The translations under genes and the position numbers were made by a program. Below, piece after piece: positions 21,714-32,087 of a DNA stretch of 64,000 nt (position 1 is its first letter; the number at the start of each line of letters is the position of its first letter). The notes beneath the pieces were generated by a model. The model did not search any database. It was given only the letters and a program-made list of their open reading frames with translations, and had not been told where the DNA came from. Origin of the DNA: Histomonas meleagridis 2922-C6/04-290x (taxonomy: Eukaryota > Protista > Parabasalia); assembly GCA_020184695.1 (NCBI GenBank), contig JAANOX010000087.1, forward strand, positions 310,001 to 374,000. Reading direction: 5' to 3'.

Positions 21714-22358
21714 TTATTGGTTTGGAGTAAATATTTGACCATTTTCCCAATATGCAATTGGTGTAACAGAAAATGTTGCAATCTTTTGGTCGAATTGCTT
21801 CAACAGCCTTGCAGCATTTTTAGTTAATGGCTTTCCAGCAACACAAACATCATAATCGCGAACATTTGTGATTGTACCATTATCTAATTGAACAGGAAGA
21901 CCAAGCTCTCTAAGATATGAATCCAAGCTGAAAACAAATTGTGGTAATGGACCAGCAGGAACTGTGAATGTTTGATCTGGAATAAATCCTGATGTAGCAT
22001 AATCAGAATAATGTAAATCCTGGAAATATTGAACAACAGTATCATGTGTTTCGTTTGTCATAAAAATACCAGTATTATCTTTGAGATATTGATTAAGCTG
22101 GTAAATATTTGGAAGAGTTGAGTTTTGTTCTGTTGTTCCAAGTGCGAAACCAATGAGTGAATTTTTAGCCAAAGATAAAACAGAAGATCTGAACCTTCTT
22201 CGAATTTGATTCAAATGGTCTGATTTCTTAGAAGAAAATTCTAAGACATAAACTCTTTGATACTTTGGAAGGTTTTCTTTAAGTGTATTAACAACTTCTA
22301 TTTTATCTGCCTTATGCTTTTTATTAGAAGTGTCTTTTCCTGTTCCTCTTCGACTCAT
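21714..22358 (-). CDS. MRT4: mRNA turnover 4 / ribosome assembly factor (uL10/P0 family)
   Basis: KNSLIGFALG, TGIFMTN, DYATSGFIPDQTFTVPAGPL, LRELGLPVQLDNG and LTKNAARLLKQF match Mrt4. Confidence 0.88.
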   Translation of the reverse strand: MSRRGTGKDTSNKKHKADKIEVVNTLKENLPKYQRVYVLEFSSKKSDHLNQIRRRFRSSVLSLAKNSLIGFALGTTEQNSTLPNIYQLNQYLKDNTGIFMTNETHDTVVQYFQDLHYSDYATSGFIPDQTFTVPAGPLPQFVFSLDSYLRELGLPVQLDNGTITNVRDYDVCVAGKPLTKNAARLLKQFDQKIATFSVTPIAYWENGQIFTPNQ

Positions 22359-22361
22359 TTT

Positions 22362-22369
22362 GTCACTTT
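22362..22369 (-). promoter_or_regulatory. AAAGTGAC motif (trichomonad M2-like) just upstream of the MRT4 ATG
   Basis: Reads AAAAGTGACAAAATG on the minus strand; identification is from memory of Trichomonas core promoter motifs. Confidence 0.5.
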
Positions 22370-22494
22370 TTAGGACCTTGATTGGAAATTGAGAAGGTTC
22401 TTTTGGTCGAGCAAAAGACGTTTAAACGCTAAATAAACGTACTTCAAACCCCTAAAAAATTTCTTTAATTCCAATTGTATCTTAACATAACTCT

Positions 22495-22923
22495 TTATTC
22501 AAGTTTCTTGTTCATGAGAATTTCGTCAATGTTACCTTCTATGATTTCTTCTTCTTCTTCCTCTGCATCATCTTCTATATCATCATAATATCCTGAAATG
22601 TAAATTGTGTTTGGACCGTCAGCTTCAATGTATACTTTATTGAGAGGAGAATAAATCTGATTTGTTGGGAATTGCTCGAATTGGTTCGGGATTAAAATTG
22701 TTAAAACTGTTTCATGTTTTTCCGTTGGCGCTTCCTGTTTTGCTTCATCAATTTCATCAATTAAAATTGTTTCTAAGTAGAGTTTTACTTTTGTTGGTTC
22801 TTGCTTTGTGATTTCCCCTAAACATATATTAGTTACAATTGTGTAAAGATTATCTGGGATCTGTAGTTCTACCTTTTTGCCTGCAGGAATTGAAACTCCC
22901 CAAAATGTTTGGATTTCACACAT
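22495..22923 (-). CDS. Nucleoplasmin-like (NPL) domain protein with acidic tail
   Basis: FWGVSI...TNICL...GPNTIYISGYY followed by a poly-acidic stretch, as in NPL/FKBP39/HD2 N-terminal domains. Confidence 0.75.
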   Translation of the reverse strand: MCEIQTFWGVSIPAGKKVELQIPDNLYTIVTNICLGEITKQEPTKVKLYLETILIDEIDEAKQEAPTEKHETVLTILIPNQFEQFPTNQIYSPLNKVYIEADGPNTIYISGYYDDIEDDAEEEEEEIIEGNIDEILMNKKLE

Positions 22924-23007
22924 ATTCCAACTGAAGGTTCAAACAGACCTAGTGAAAAAATTGAATGATTTATTCAATATTTGACTTTTTCTAAAAAGTA
23001 CGTTTAT

Positions 23008-23658
23008 TTAATGCTTCAATCCTCTTTGTTCAAGCAAGGCCTTATATGCTTCAGCCTTCTTTGTTGCTGCTTCCTTGCGGGCTTTCTTCTCCTTTAAGAA
23101 TTTGGCCTTGCGCGCAAGACGACGTGGTGTAATAAGTCTTTGGATTTTTGGTTGTGTGAATTTGCCTGGTTTAACTTCACGACGAAGAACAAGTTTTGTA
23201 ACATCGGCTTTCTTATCTGCTCCAAAAATTGCACGAATTCTTGTGGCACGCTTAGGACCATAACGACGTGGAACAACTTTATCTGTAAGACCTTCAATTT
23301 CTGCTTCACCTTTCTTAAGAACTATAAGATGAAGTGCAGAAATTTCAGATGAAATAACACAACCACGAACTGTTTTTCTTTTACGTTCACCATCTTTACG
23401 TGGACGATAGCATGATGTACCTGCACGAAGAAGAAGGCGAACACGTCGTGGTGTAAGAACTCCTTGTTTCATTGGGAATCCTTGTTTGTCAAATCCACCA
23501 CCAAGACGGAAAAGATATCCTGCAAATTGTTGTCCAAGAATAGCACCATCAATATCTTGACCAAGACGGTGGTCATACAAAGAGTTCAAAGCAACTGGAT
23601 CTTCGACATCAATGCAAATTTGTGTTCCGTGATCTGGATAGGCGAGAGTAAGCCTCAT
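23008..23658 (-). CDS. RPS6: 40S ribosomal protein S6 (eS6)
   Basis: GGFDKQGFPMKQGVL, CYRPRKDGERKRKTVRGC, PRRYGPKRA and PKIQRLITP motifs. Confidence 0.97.
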   Translation of the reverse strand: MRLTLAYPDHGTQICIDVEDPVALNSLYDHRLGQDIDGAILGQQFAGYLFRLGGGFDKQGFPMKQGVLTPRRVRLLLRAGTSCYRPRKDGERKRKTVRGCVISSEISALHLIVLKKGEAEIEGLTDKVVPRRYGPKRATRIRAIFGADKKADVTKLVLRREVKPGKFTQPKIQRLITPRRLARKAKFLKEKKARKEAATKKAEAYKALLEQRGLKH

Positions 23659-23661
23659 AAC

Positions 23662-23682
23662 AAAGGATCGGCCTCAACCGTT
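23662..23682 (-). promoter_or_regulatory. M3 (AACGGTT) plus M5 (CCTTT) core promoter of RPS6
   Basis: Minus strand reads AACGGTTGAGGCCGATCCTTTGTTATG, matching the M3/M5 pair described for Trichomonas ribosomal protein genes. Confidence 0.65.
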
Positions 23683-23851
23683 TAATAAACGTCTTTCCTA
23701 AAATCAGGGCGCCCTATTTTTTAGAACAAATTTATGAGAATTCATTATATCATTAAAACAAATGTATTTGGTTGAGGTTATAAAAAATATCATCTTAATA
23801 TGAGTTTGAAATTAATTCTTTTTAATAGGATTTATAAAAAAAAATATTTAT

Positions 23852-24544
23852 TTATTCAGGATATTTTTGACCTCTTTTTTCGAGGGCATTTTTCATGAAA
23901 TCTCTAACAGCATATATTGCACTTAAATTCATTTTTGTTACATTCAGATTAATTTCCGGTTTTGATGGATCCACTTCAGGATCAATCTCTGAAATAATTT
24001 TAACAATTTCGTTCTGTTCTTCTTCATTCATCATTTCGGAAGCCGTAATGAAGTTTTGTATTTCTCTTTCAGACAAGAGACTTAATGTTTGTTTTTGTGT
24101 ATGATTTGAATTTGATGAAGAAGACGATGAATACTGTTTCATCTTATTTGGGGGCTGGTTCATTATCTCTATAGCTTTGTTTTTAAGTCTAAATAACTCT
24201 GTACACCATGTTCCCATAGAAAGAACGTCGATCGACCGTTTAAGTTTGTTAAACGTTTTCCTGCAATCGGCGGCAATAACCATTAAGTGGGGATCTGTGC
24301 TATAATATTGCTCGGTACTCACCCAAACACTTTCCATATCATCGTAGAACTTAGATATTGAAGTATATTCGTTATTAATTAGCCGATTTTTGATTGATGT
24401 TAAATCTTGTGGATTTGTAACAATTTTCTCAAACTCTGTGTCTCCTTCGTTGGGTTGAATTGGATCAATAAATATGTTGGCAAGAGGATGTTCTAAAAGC
24501 TTGTCTACTACGTTGAGTGCTTCTTTTCTGATTTTTTCATCCAT
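23852..24544 (-). CDS. Bromodomain protein with C-terminal NET-like domain
   Basis: HPLANIFIDPI...IVTNPQDLTSIKNRL...Y...F..DM; C-terminal EIVKII...EINLNVTKM. Confidence 0.85.
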   Translation of the reverse strand: MDEKIRKEALNVVDKLLEHPLANIFIDPIQPNEGDTEFEKIVTNPQDLTSIKNRLINNEYTSISKFYDDMESVWVSTEQYYSTDPHLMVIAADCRKTFNKLKRSIDVLSMGTWCTELFRLKNKAIEIMNQPPNKMKQYSSSSSSNSNHTQKQTLSLLSEREIQNFITASEMMNEEEQNEIVKIISEIDPEVDPSKPEINLNVTKMNLSAIYAVRDFMKNALEKRGQKYPE

Positions 24545-24622
24545 CTTTTGAATTGATAATTGAAAAGTATCAATTCAATCCAATTCAAATTTTGATCGTT
24601 ATACAAGAAATGGAAGTGAGCT

Positions 24623-25645
24623 ATGAAACCAATCAAACCTCCTGGGAGCCAAGAAATTATTTGTTTGGCTAGCAGGAGGTGTGACATAAAAAATTTACAT
24701 TTATGGAAATTTTGTTATATCAGAAACATCAAATTGAAATTTCAATTCCTTTTTATAGAGATTTTATTTTTAATAATATTGGCTTATACCTTCCTCATTA
24801 TTACAGATACTTATATTGCAAATTTCAAATTTTCTATTTTTACTTCTTTTCTCACTTTATTCACGATTCCATCACCAAAAATGACACCACTTCAACTCAA
24901 AATGCACTTGTACGCTATAAATTCATGGGTTCGTCAACCTGATGTTAAAGTTGTAATATTTACAAATGAATTAAATGATACAATAAAAAAGCTTTATCCA
25001 CCACAAGTTATCTTTTATAACGAACATCTTCAAACGGGATTCCATGGGAATCCTCTTGTTCGATCATGGATAGTTTCTAGTCACAAACTTACAACCACAC
25101 CATTTCTCGCGATTGTTAATTCCGATATCATCATACCAGATTATTGGTTTGACACCACACGTCGCATCTGTTCCAAATTTGGCATTAAAACTTACATTGG
25201 TATTGCTCGAGTTCAGATCACTAATTTCACAGATGACATTTTTCAAACCGATTATAACCTTATCCATGAAATTTTTTCGAATCTACCATCAAATAAACAC
25301 ATTGGTGGTGATTTGTTTCTATTTGCACGCGATCAAACGCGATTTAATATATCGTTGATTCCTGACTTTGAAGTTGGTTATTGTACATGGGACAACTTTA
25401 TGTATGGAATTTTCCATCGAATGAAATCTTCTATTGGATATAACTACGAACCAAGTGTTTATCATTTGGATCATGGAAAGAATAAATGCAACTTAAAAAC
25501 TTTAGTAAGAGATCTGGATTTATATAATGGCTTTAAACTTGGAGGTGTATATGGGCAACATAAGGACTTGAATATGATGCTCAATTACTCTGGAAATTAT
25601 CTATACTCTACAAAAAATACTTCTTATAGAATATACTTAGATTAA
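24623..25645 (+). CDS. Putative type II membrane glycosyltransferase (GT-A-like)
   Basis: N-terminal TM helix, NAINSW, AIVNSDII (DxD-like), GGDLFLF and WDNFM. Confidence 0.6.
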   Translation: MKPIKPPGSQEIICLASRRCDIKNLHLWKFCYIRNIKLKFQFLFIEILFLIILAYTFLIITDTYIANFKFSIFTSFLTLFTIPSPKMTPLQLKMHLYAINSWVRQPDVKVVIFTNELNDTIKKLYPPQVIFYNEHLQTGFHGNPLVRSWIVSSHKLTTTPFLAIVNSDIIIPDYWFDTTRRICSKFGIKTYIGIARVQITNFTDDIFQTDYNLIHEIFSNLPSNKHIGGDLFLFARDQTRFNISLIPDFEVGYCTWDNFMYGIFHRMKSSIGYNYEPSVYHLDHGKNKCNLKTLVRDLDLYNGFKLGGVYGQHKDLNMMLNYSGNYLYSTKNTSYRIYLD

Positions 25646-25849
25646 AATTGTATGTTAACAGTGATTTTTTTTAAAATTAATTGATGATCCATCTCATTTT
25701 GTCAAGATTTTTGGAGTTGTGTCTATGGTGAAATCGTAAGTTGCTACATTTGGTGTGATGATACACATTTCCAAAACGTTTCTTATTTGAGGAATTTTTT
25801 GAAAAAAATAAATTTGCTGGCAAAAAAGACGTTTGACTTTTGATGTGAA

Positions 25850-26368
25850 ATGCGACTACCCAAAATCTTCGTAATGTCTTCTTCTTCGTCTTCAGATAGT
25901 GATGAAGAAGTATACAAAGTCGAAGACATTAAAGGTCACAAAAAGAAAGGAAATAAAATGTACTATTTAATAAAGTGGGTTGGGTACCCAGATTCAGAAA
26001 ATACTTGGGAACCAGAGTCAAATCTTTCATGTCCTGATATCCTTAAAAGGTACCAACAGTCTTTAGTTCAAAAAGAAAATAGTATCAAATCATCTCCAAA
26101 ATCTCCTAAATCAAAAACATCAAAATCCAAACAATCAGATAGCAAACCAACGCCCAAGAAAACAGTCAAGTCCAAGGATAACAAAATTAAGAAAAGACCA
26201 ATAGCAGAAATCTTTGGGTGTACAACAGATTCAACGCGTAATATTATTTATTATGTTGTAAAATTTGAAGGCGAAACAGAACCATCTTCACTTCCATCTT
26301 CTCTTGTTCGGAGATGGGCTCCTTTCAAACTTGCATCATTTTTAGAAAGTCATCTCAATTTCTCTTAA
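25850..26368 (+). CDS. Chromodomain protein (HP1-like layout)
   Basis: YKVEDIK...YYLIKWVGYPDSENTWEPESNL, basic hinge, C-terminal chromoshadow-like segment; may start at ATG 25874. Confidence 0.9.
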   Translation: MRLPKIFVMSSSSSSDSDEEVYKVEDIKGHKKKGNKMYYLIKWVGYPDSENTWEPESNLSCPDILKRYQQSLVQKENSIKSSPKSPKSKTSKSKQSDSKPTPKKTVKSKDNKIKKRPIAEIFGCTTDSTRNIIYYVVKFEGETEPSSLPSSLVRRWAPFKLASFLESHLNFS

Positions 26369-26804
26369 ACAATTGCTTTTGTTATAATTTCCTTTCAACA
26401 AAACGAATAAATAAAAAATAAAACATTTTAACTATTATAATTTTTTCATATCCTCAAGTGTGATTTTTAAATCAAGGTAAAAATATAAGTTTATTTTATT
26501 TAGAAAATTTCTTTGTAACATCTATCTTTAATCAAAATAAATTTCATACAATCTTAAAAGAAAAGAGAATATGGTGATGCTTATATAAATTAATATGAGA
26601 ATCTGATACAATAATTTTTATTTTCATATAATGAGTAAACAAATGAAACAAATAATAATTTTACTTAATGGGACTCAAGGAACAAATTATCTTTAAAATA
26701 ATATTTTTCCCTTATTAAATATTTGTAAAACAGCTTATACAATATTGTTTTGACTCAAAATGGATAACATTATAGAAAGATACTTTTATTTATTTGGATA
26801 TATT

Positions 26805-29800
26805 TCAACAATTAGAATTTTCACTATTCTTTTTCTCTTTGATTAATTTAACTATTTCAGTGTAACCTTTTTTAGATGCATAAATAAGTGCTGTATCAAA
26901 TATTTTAATCAATTTCTAAATTTTACGAGAAAATATTTAATTTTTTAAATATATTTTAAACAAAACAATTAAATATCTTTAGCATTAATATCTATTCCTT
27001 CTTGTTCAAGAAGTAATTTAACTATTTCTGTATAACCATTTTTAGATGCCAACATAAGTGCTGTCCAAAATATTTTAAATTATTTCCAAATATTATTTTG
27101 AAATATTAAATTAATATAATAAGTCTTAAATAATACAATTAAATATCTTTAGCATTAATATTGATACCTTTTTGTTCAAGAAGTAATTTAACTATCTCTA
27201 TAGAACCTTCTATAGATGCCAACATAAGTGCTGTTTTAAATAATTTAAATAATTTCCAAACAATATTTTGTAATATTAAATTATTATAATAAGTCTTAAA
27301 TAATACAATTAAATATCTTTAGCATTAATATCTATTCCTTCTTGTTCAAGAAGTAATTTAACTATCTCTATAGAACCTTCATTAGCTGCAAACATAAGTG
27401 CTGTTTTAAATAATTTAAATAATTTCCAAACAATATTTTGTAATATTAAATTATTATAATAAGTCTTTAATACAATTAAATATCTTTAGCATTAATATCT
27501 ATTCCTTCTTGTTCAAGAAGTAATTTAACTATCTCTATAGAACCTTCATTAGATGCAAACATAAGTGCTGTTTTAAATAATTTAAATAATTTCCAAACAA
27601 TATTTTGAAATTTTAAATTTTTTTTATAAATTCTAAACAAAACAAATAAAAATCTTTTGCATTAATATCAATTTTATTTTGTTTAAGAAGTAATTTAACT
27701 ATTTCTATTTTATCATTTTCTGATGCATGCATAAGTGCTGTGTTAAATATTTTTCATAATTTCCAAATTTTATTTTGAAAATTCAAATCATTAAATCAAA
27801 TATTTAATCAAAAAAACAAATATCTTTCGCATTAAAATCAATTCCTTTTTGCGTAAGAAGTAATTTAGCTATTTCTAAATACCCATTATAAGATGCATAC
27901 ATAAGTGCTGTATAAAATATTTTATATAATTTCCAAATATTATTTTGGAATTTCAAATTATTATTATGAAATCTAAACAAAACAAATAAAAATTTTTTGT
28001 ATTAACATCAATTTTTTCTTGTATAAGAAGTATTTTTACAATTTCTATATAACCTTCTCTAGATGCATACATGAGTGGTGTATTAAATAATTTAAATAAT
28101 TTCCAAATATTATTTTGAAAATTCATATCATCATAACAAATATAAAATAAGACAAACAAATGTCTTTACAATTGATATCAACGTTCTTATTCGCAAGAAG
28201 CAACTTAAATATTTCTATTTCACCGCTTTCAGATGCATGCATAATTGCTGTATAAAATAATTTTCATAAAATCCAAATATTATTCTAAAACATTAAATTC
28301 TCAAAATAAATAGAAAATAAAACAAATTAATATCTTTTGCATTGACATCAATATTATCTTGCTCAAGAAGTAATCGAACAGTATCTAAGTTACCATTATA
28401 AGTTGCTTTGATAAGTGATGTCTCAAGTAATTTGAATGATTTCTAAATATTTTTGTGAAACATCAAATTGTTAAAATTAATATCAGATCAAATATTTAAA
28501 TATCTTTAGCATTAATATCAATTCCTTCTTGATCAAGAAGTAGTTTAACTATATTTGTATTACCATTACAAGATGCGAATATAAGTGATGTAAAAAATAT
28601 TATAATTGATCACCAAATATTATTATGAAATGTTAAACTATTGTAACAAATATCAAATCAAATATTTATATACCTTTGGCATTAATATCAATTTCTTTTT
28701 TTTCAAGTAGTAATTTAACTATTTCTGAATGACCACTTTTAGATGCTATCATAAGTGCTGATAAAAATAATATTATTAATCTCCAAATATTATTATCAAA
28801 TATCAGATTATTAAAATAAATGTCAAATATAACAAATAAATATCTTTAGCATTAATATCAATTCCTTTTTGTTCAAGAAGTAATTTAACCACTTCTTTAT
28901 GATCATTTCTAGATGCTAAAATAAGAACTGTTTCAAATATGTTAAATAATTTCCAAATATTACTTTGAAATATTAAATAATTACAATAAATAATATAAAA
29001 AACAAATAAATATCTATATCATTTATATCAAATTTTCCATGCTCTAGAAGTAATTTCACGATTTCAGTATGACCTTTTGAAGATGCGTTCATAAGTGCTG
29101 TTTCAAATAATTTAGATAATTTTCAAATAATAATTTCAAATATAAAATAATTAAATAAAATATTATATCAAACTAATAAATATCTTTAGCTTTAATATTA
29201 ATTCCTTTTTGTTCAAGAAGTATTTTAACTATTTCTATGTGACCTAATTTAGATGCATAAATGAGTGCTGTTTCAAATAATTAAAATAATTTCCAAATAT
29301 TGTTTTGTAATTTCAAATTATTAAAATAAATTTGAAACAAAACAAATTCAAGATATCTTGAGAATTAATATCAAATCCTTTCTGTTCAAGAACATATTTA
29401 ACAAGTTCAACATTTCTTGATTCTATTGATCTAATCAATATGTCTTTTGGAATTTGAATTTCTTCAATGAAATTTTTTGTAAGAAACAAATTTCCAATTC
29501 TTGCAGATTCATCAATAATATTTTCATTAATTTTCATTCCTTTATTAAGTAAATATGTAAATATTGTATAATTATTATGAGAAACACATATTTTTCCTAA
29601 TTCTTCCAAATCATTAATTTCTTCAATCTTATTATCGTAAATATATAAAAAAAAAATCATTTTTATGGAATTGGATTGCTGCTTCATATGCATCTTCAAA
29701 TGATGAATGGTTTTGTTCACATAAATGAATAATTTCAATATTTCCGCCTGCAACTGCATATTTACCTGCATTCTTTACATTCGCATTATTCATAAGTAAA

Positions 29801-30534
29801 TATTTAAAACATTTAACAGAAGAAAAAAATGCTGCATAATCAATTAATGATATGCCAAACTGATTAATAAAATCACATCTTTCATAAAGTGATGGTTCAA
29901 TTATTTGATTAAAATCAAAATTATTTTGTGATGATATTTCTTGAAGTTTTTCGATTTCATCATTTCGAATTATTTTCGCAATTTCATCGGGATTATGTCC
30001 TTCTTCAATGAATTTCTTATGAAGTTCCCAACCATTCTTTGAAAGTTCTTCATAATTAGTTAAAAAAATTCCTTCTGAAGGAAATACAAAATTTCTTTCT
30101 TTATTCTCTTCTTCTGTTTTATATTGTGCGAAATATTTAGTTTTAATGTTTTTAGTAATGCTTGCGTCAATTAAATTTCGTTTTATCATTTGATAAATTA
30201 AATAATATGATTCTTGTGAGTCAATTACAGATATGTGCTTGCTGAAAATTTCAACAATTTCTTGGTTAAATGAATTCATTTTTTCTAAGAAATTTAAATA
30301 TATATAAATTTTATCATTATGTGAACAAAATGCTTCATAAATTAAATTACTTATTAATAAATTAGATGTATATGGATAATTTTGATCAAATAGTTCCATT
30401 GTTTTTTCAAATGACAATTCAAGATTTTCTTGAGTTAAATCAAATATAATATGTTCTAATTGAGCACTTAATTCAAGATAAATATTTGGAGACTTGGAAT
30501 CTATGCTTGCAATTTTTGCATCATCATTTGACAT
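26805..30534 (-). CDS. DUF3447-type protein with ~16 ankyrin repeats interrupted by 15 non-canonical spacers
   Basis: N-terminal ORF 30534-29632, a one-base shift in a T10 run at 29647-29656, and an ORF to the first GFDINSQD. Then 14 open 90-nt blocks (TALxxASxxGHxEIVKLLLEQxGIDINAKD) and a terminal block ending TGA at 26805-26807, separated by 77-83 nt spacers. Confidence 0.85.
26895..29354 (-). repeat. 170-nt period array: 90-nt ankyrin block + 80-nt spacer
   Basis: Spacers at 29272-29354 (83 nt), 29102-29181, 28932-29011, 28762-28841, 28592-28671, 28422-28501, 28252-28331, 28082-28161, 27912-27991, 27742-27821, 27572-27651, 27405-27481 (77 nt), 27235-27314, 27065-27144 and 26895-26974. Confidence 0.95.
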
Positions 30535-30647
30535 TTTTGCTTAAAGCCAAAAATGAATGGGGTGCCCCATCATAACGATTCGTTTCAATTCTTTAAATTT
30601 TTGATGTTTTTTATTTTTATTTAAACAAACAAAAACTCCCACGCACA

Positions 30648-32087
30648 TTACTTAAGCACAATTGTTCCAGGCGTCGTTTCCATTGCCTCAGGGAACAACT
30701 TTCGTATTTCTTGTACGACAATTGGGTCAAGTCTTCCATCTTGTCCCACGTTTGCACCAGTCTCATTGAACTTTACTGTTTCCAAAGACGGACAATTGGA
30801 TACGAAGTCCACAATTCCATTTGCAGTAACTTTTACACATTCGGAAGTACAAAACACTTTTAGATATTTAACGTGTTGGGAAATTATTCTTAAAGTTGAA
30901 GAATTTGCATTTTCCCAACCGAACAATGCTAAAGTTTCTATTTTTAATCTATCCAACAATTGTATTACCCAAAACGTCGATATTTCTCTTGAACATGCAA
31001 ACGAAAGATTCCGTAAACGCGGACATCTTTCGCATATGATTCGAATTGTTTCATCCGACGGAATTCCAAATTCTTTAAATGGATGAAATGTTAACGATTG
31101 TAATGTCGGCCCACATGTTTGTAATGCCGTTAGAAGTGATGATATTGTAACACGGCAGCCAACGCCCATGTGTAACACTTCGAGCGAATGGTTACGTATT
31201 AGAAATGGTATCAAAATGGAGTCGTGAAGACTTTCCGTTGCAAGTAGCGCACGTAAACTTGTGCAGAAGTTAAGCGCTTGCTCTAAACTAACAGGCGTTT
31301 GAACTATTGATAGTTCGGTAAGTTGATTAAGACAATCAATTGGAATCACATCAAATGAATCACTTTGAAAACTTAGGCAATAATTGGCACGAAGAACACG
31401 TAGATATGAACAATATCGAAAAAGAGACTCAAGACAGCGACCTGTGATGGAAAGTCGAGAGATGTCAAGGATTTGTAATGAGGGACATTGTTGTGAAAGT
31501 CGGATTAGAATGGAATCCGTGATGGAACTACACCCAGAAAGATTGATTTCTTGTATCATTTGAAGACGAGGAAGGAGTTTGACAAGATGTGAATCATCAA
31601 TAAAAACTGAATCTGTAAAGGTTAATGATCGAATGAATTTGGAGCTAGAAAGAAAGTGAAATAAAACATCAACTGGAAAGGTGTTAATACGAGTGGTGGA
31701 AAGAATGGAATCTTCCCGTTTATATAATGAAAGTGAAACTAAAGATGTACATGAAGAAGCAAGGCAAAAAAGAACAGCATCAGTAATATCGTTATGCCGT
31801 AAGTCAATGGATAGATTTTGTATAAACCGACCTTTGCCACATAAAACAAATATTGAAAATGGTGTAAGTAATGATTTAGCATCAGTTATATGAATCGATG
31901 ACCAAAGTTGCGGAGTGTGACAAAGGCGATGCATTCGTTTTGAAGTACAACTAAGAATTGCTAATTTATTTAAGGGAAGATTGGATAAAATCAAAAGTAA
32001 AATTTCATCACTAATTTCATCAAATGATATATTATTTACTTCTATAAGAAAAGGATGGAAATCGTCTGTTATTTCATTGTTTTCCAT
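30648..32087 (-). CDS. F-box/leucine-rich-repeat protein (FBXL-like)
   Basis: F-box (ISDEILLLILSNLP...LSCTSKRMHRL...LW) followed by cysteine-containing LRRs (NLSGCSSITD, CPSLQILDIS); likely start ATG 32087. Confidence 0.9.
   Translation of the reverse strand: MENNEITDDFHPFLIEVNNISFDEISDEILLLILSNLPLNKLAILSCTSKRMHRLCHTPQLWSSIHITDAKSLLTPFSIFVLCGKGRFIQNLSIDLRHNDITDAVLFCLASSCTSLVSLSLYKREDSILSTTRINTFPVDVLFHFLSSSKFIRSLTFTDSVFIDDSHLVKLLPRLQMIQEINLSGCSSITDSILIRLSQQCPSLQILDISRLSITGRCLESLFRYCSYLRVLRANYCLSFQSDSFDVIPIDCLNQLTELSIVQTPVSLEQALNFCTSLRALLATESLHDSILIPFLIRNHSLEVLHMGVGCRVTISSLLTALQTCGPTLQSLTFHPFKEFGIPSDETIRIICERCPRLRNLSFACSREISTFWVIQLLDRLKIETLALFGWENANSSTLRIISQHVKYLKVFCTSECVKVTANGIVDFVSNCPSLETVKFNETGANVGQDGRLDPIVVQEIRKLFPEAMETTPGTIVLK

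Noticed and set aside
26895-29354. Spliceosomal GT-AG or U12 AT-AC intron
   Set aside because: No conserved GT. The AG in ACA-GCA is lost in ACA-TCA and ACA-CCA copies, there is no branch motif, and AT..AC excision (84, 82 or 78 nt) does not restore the frame.
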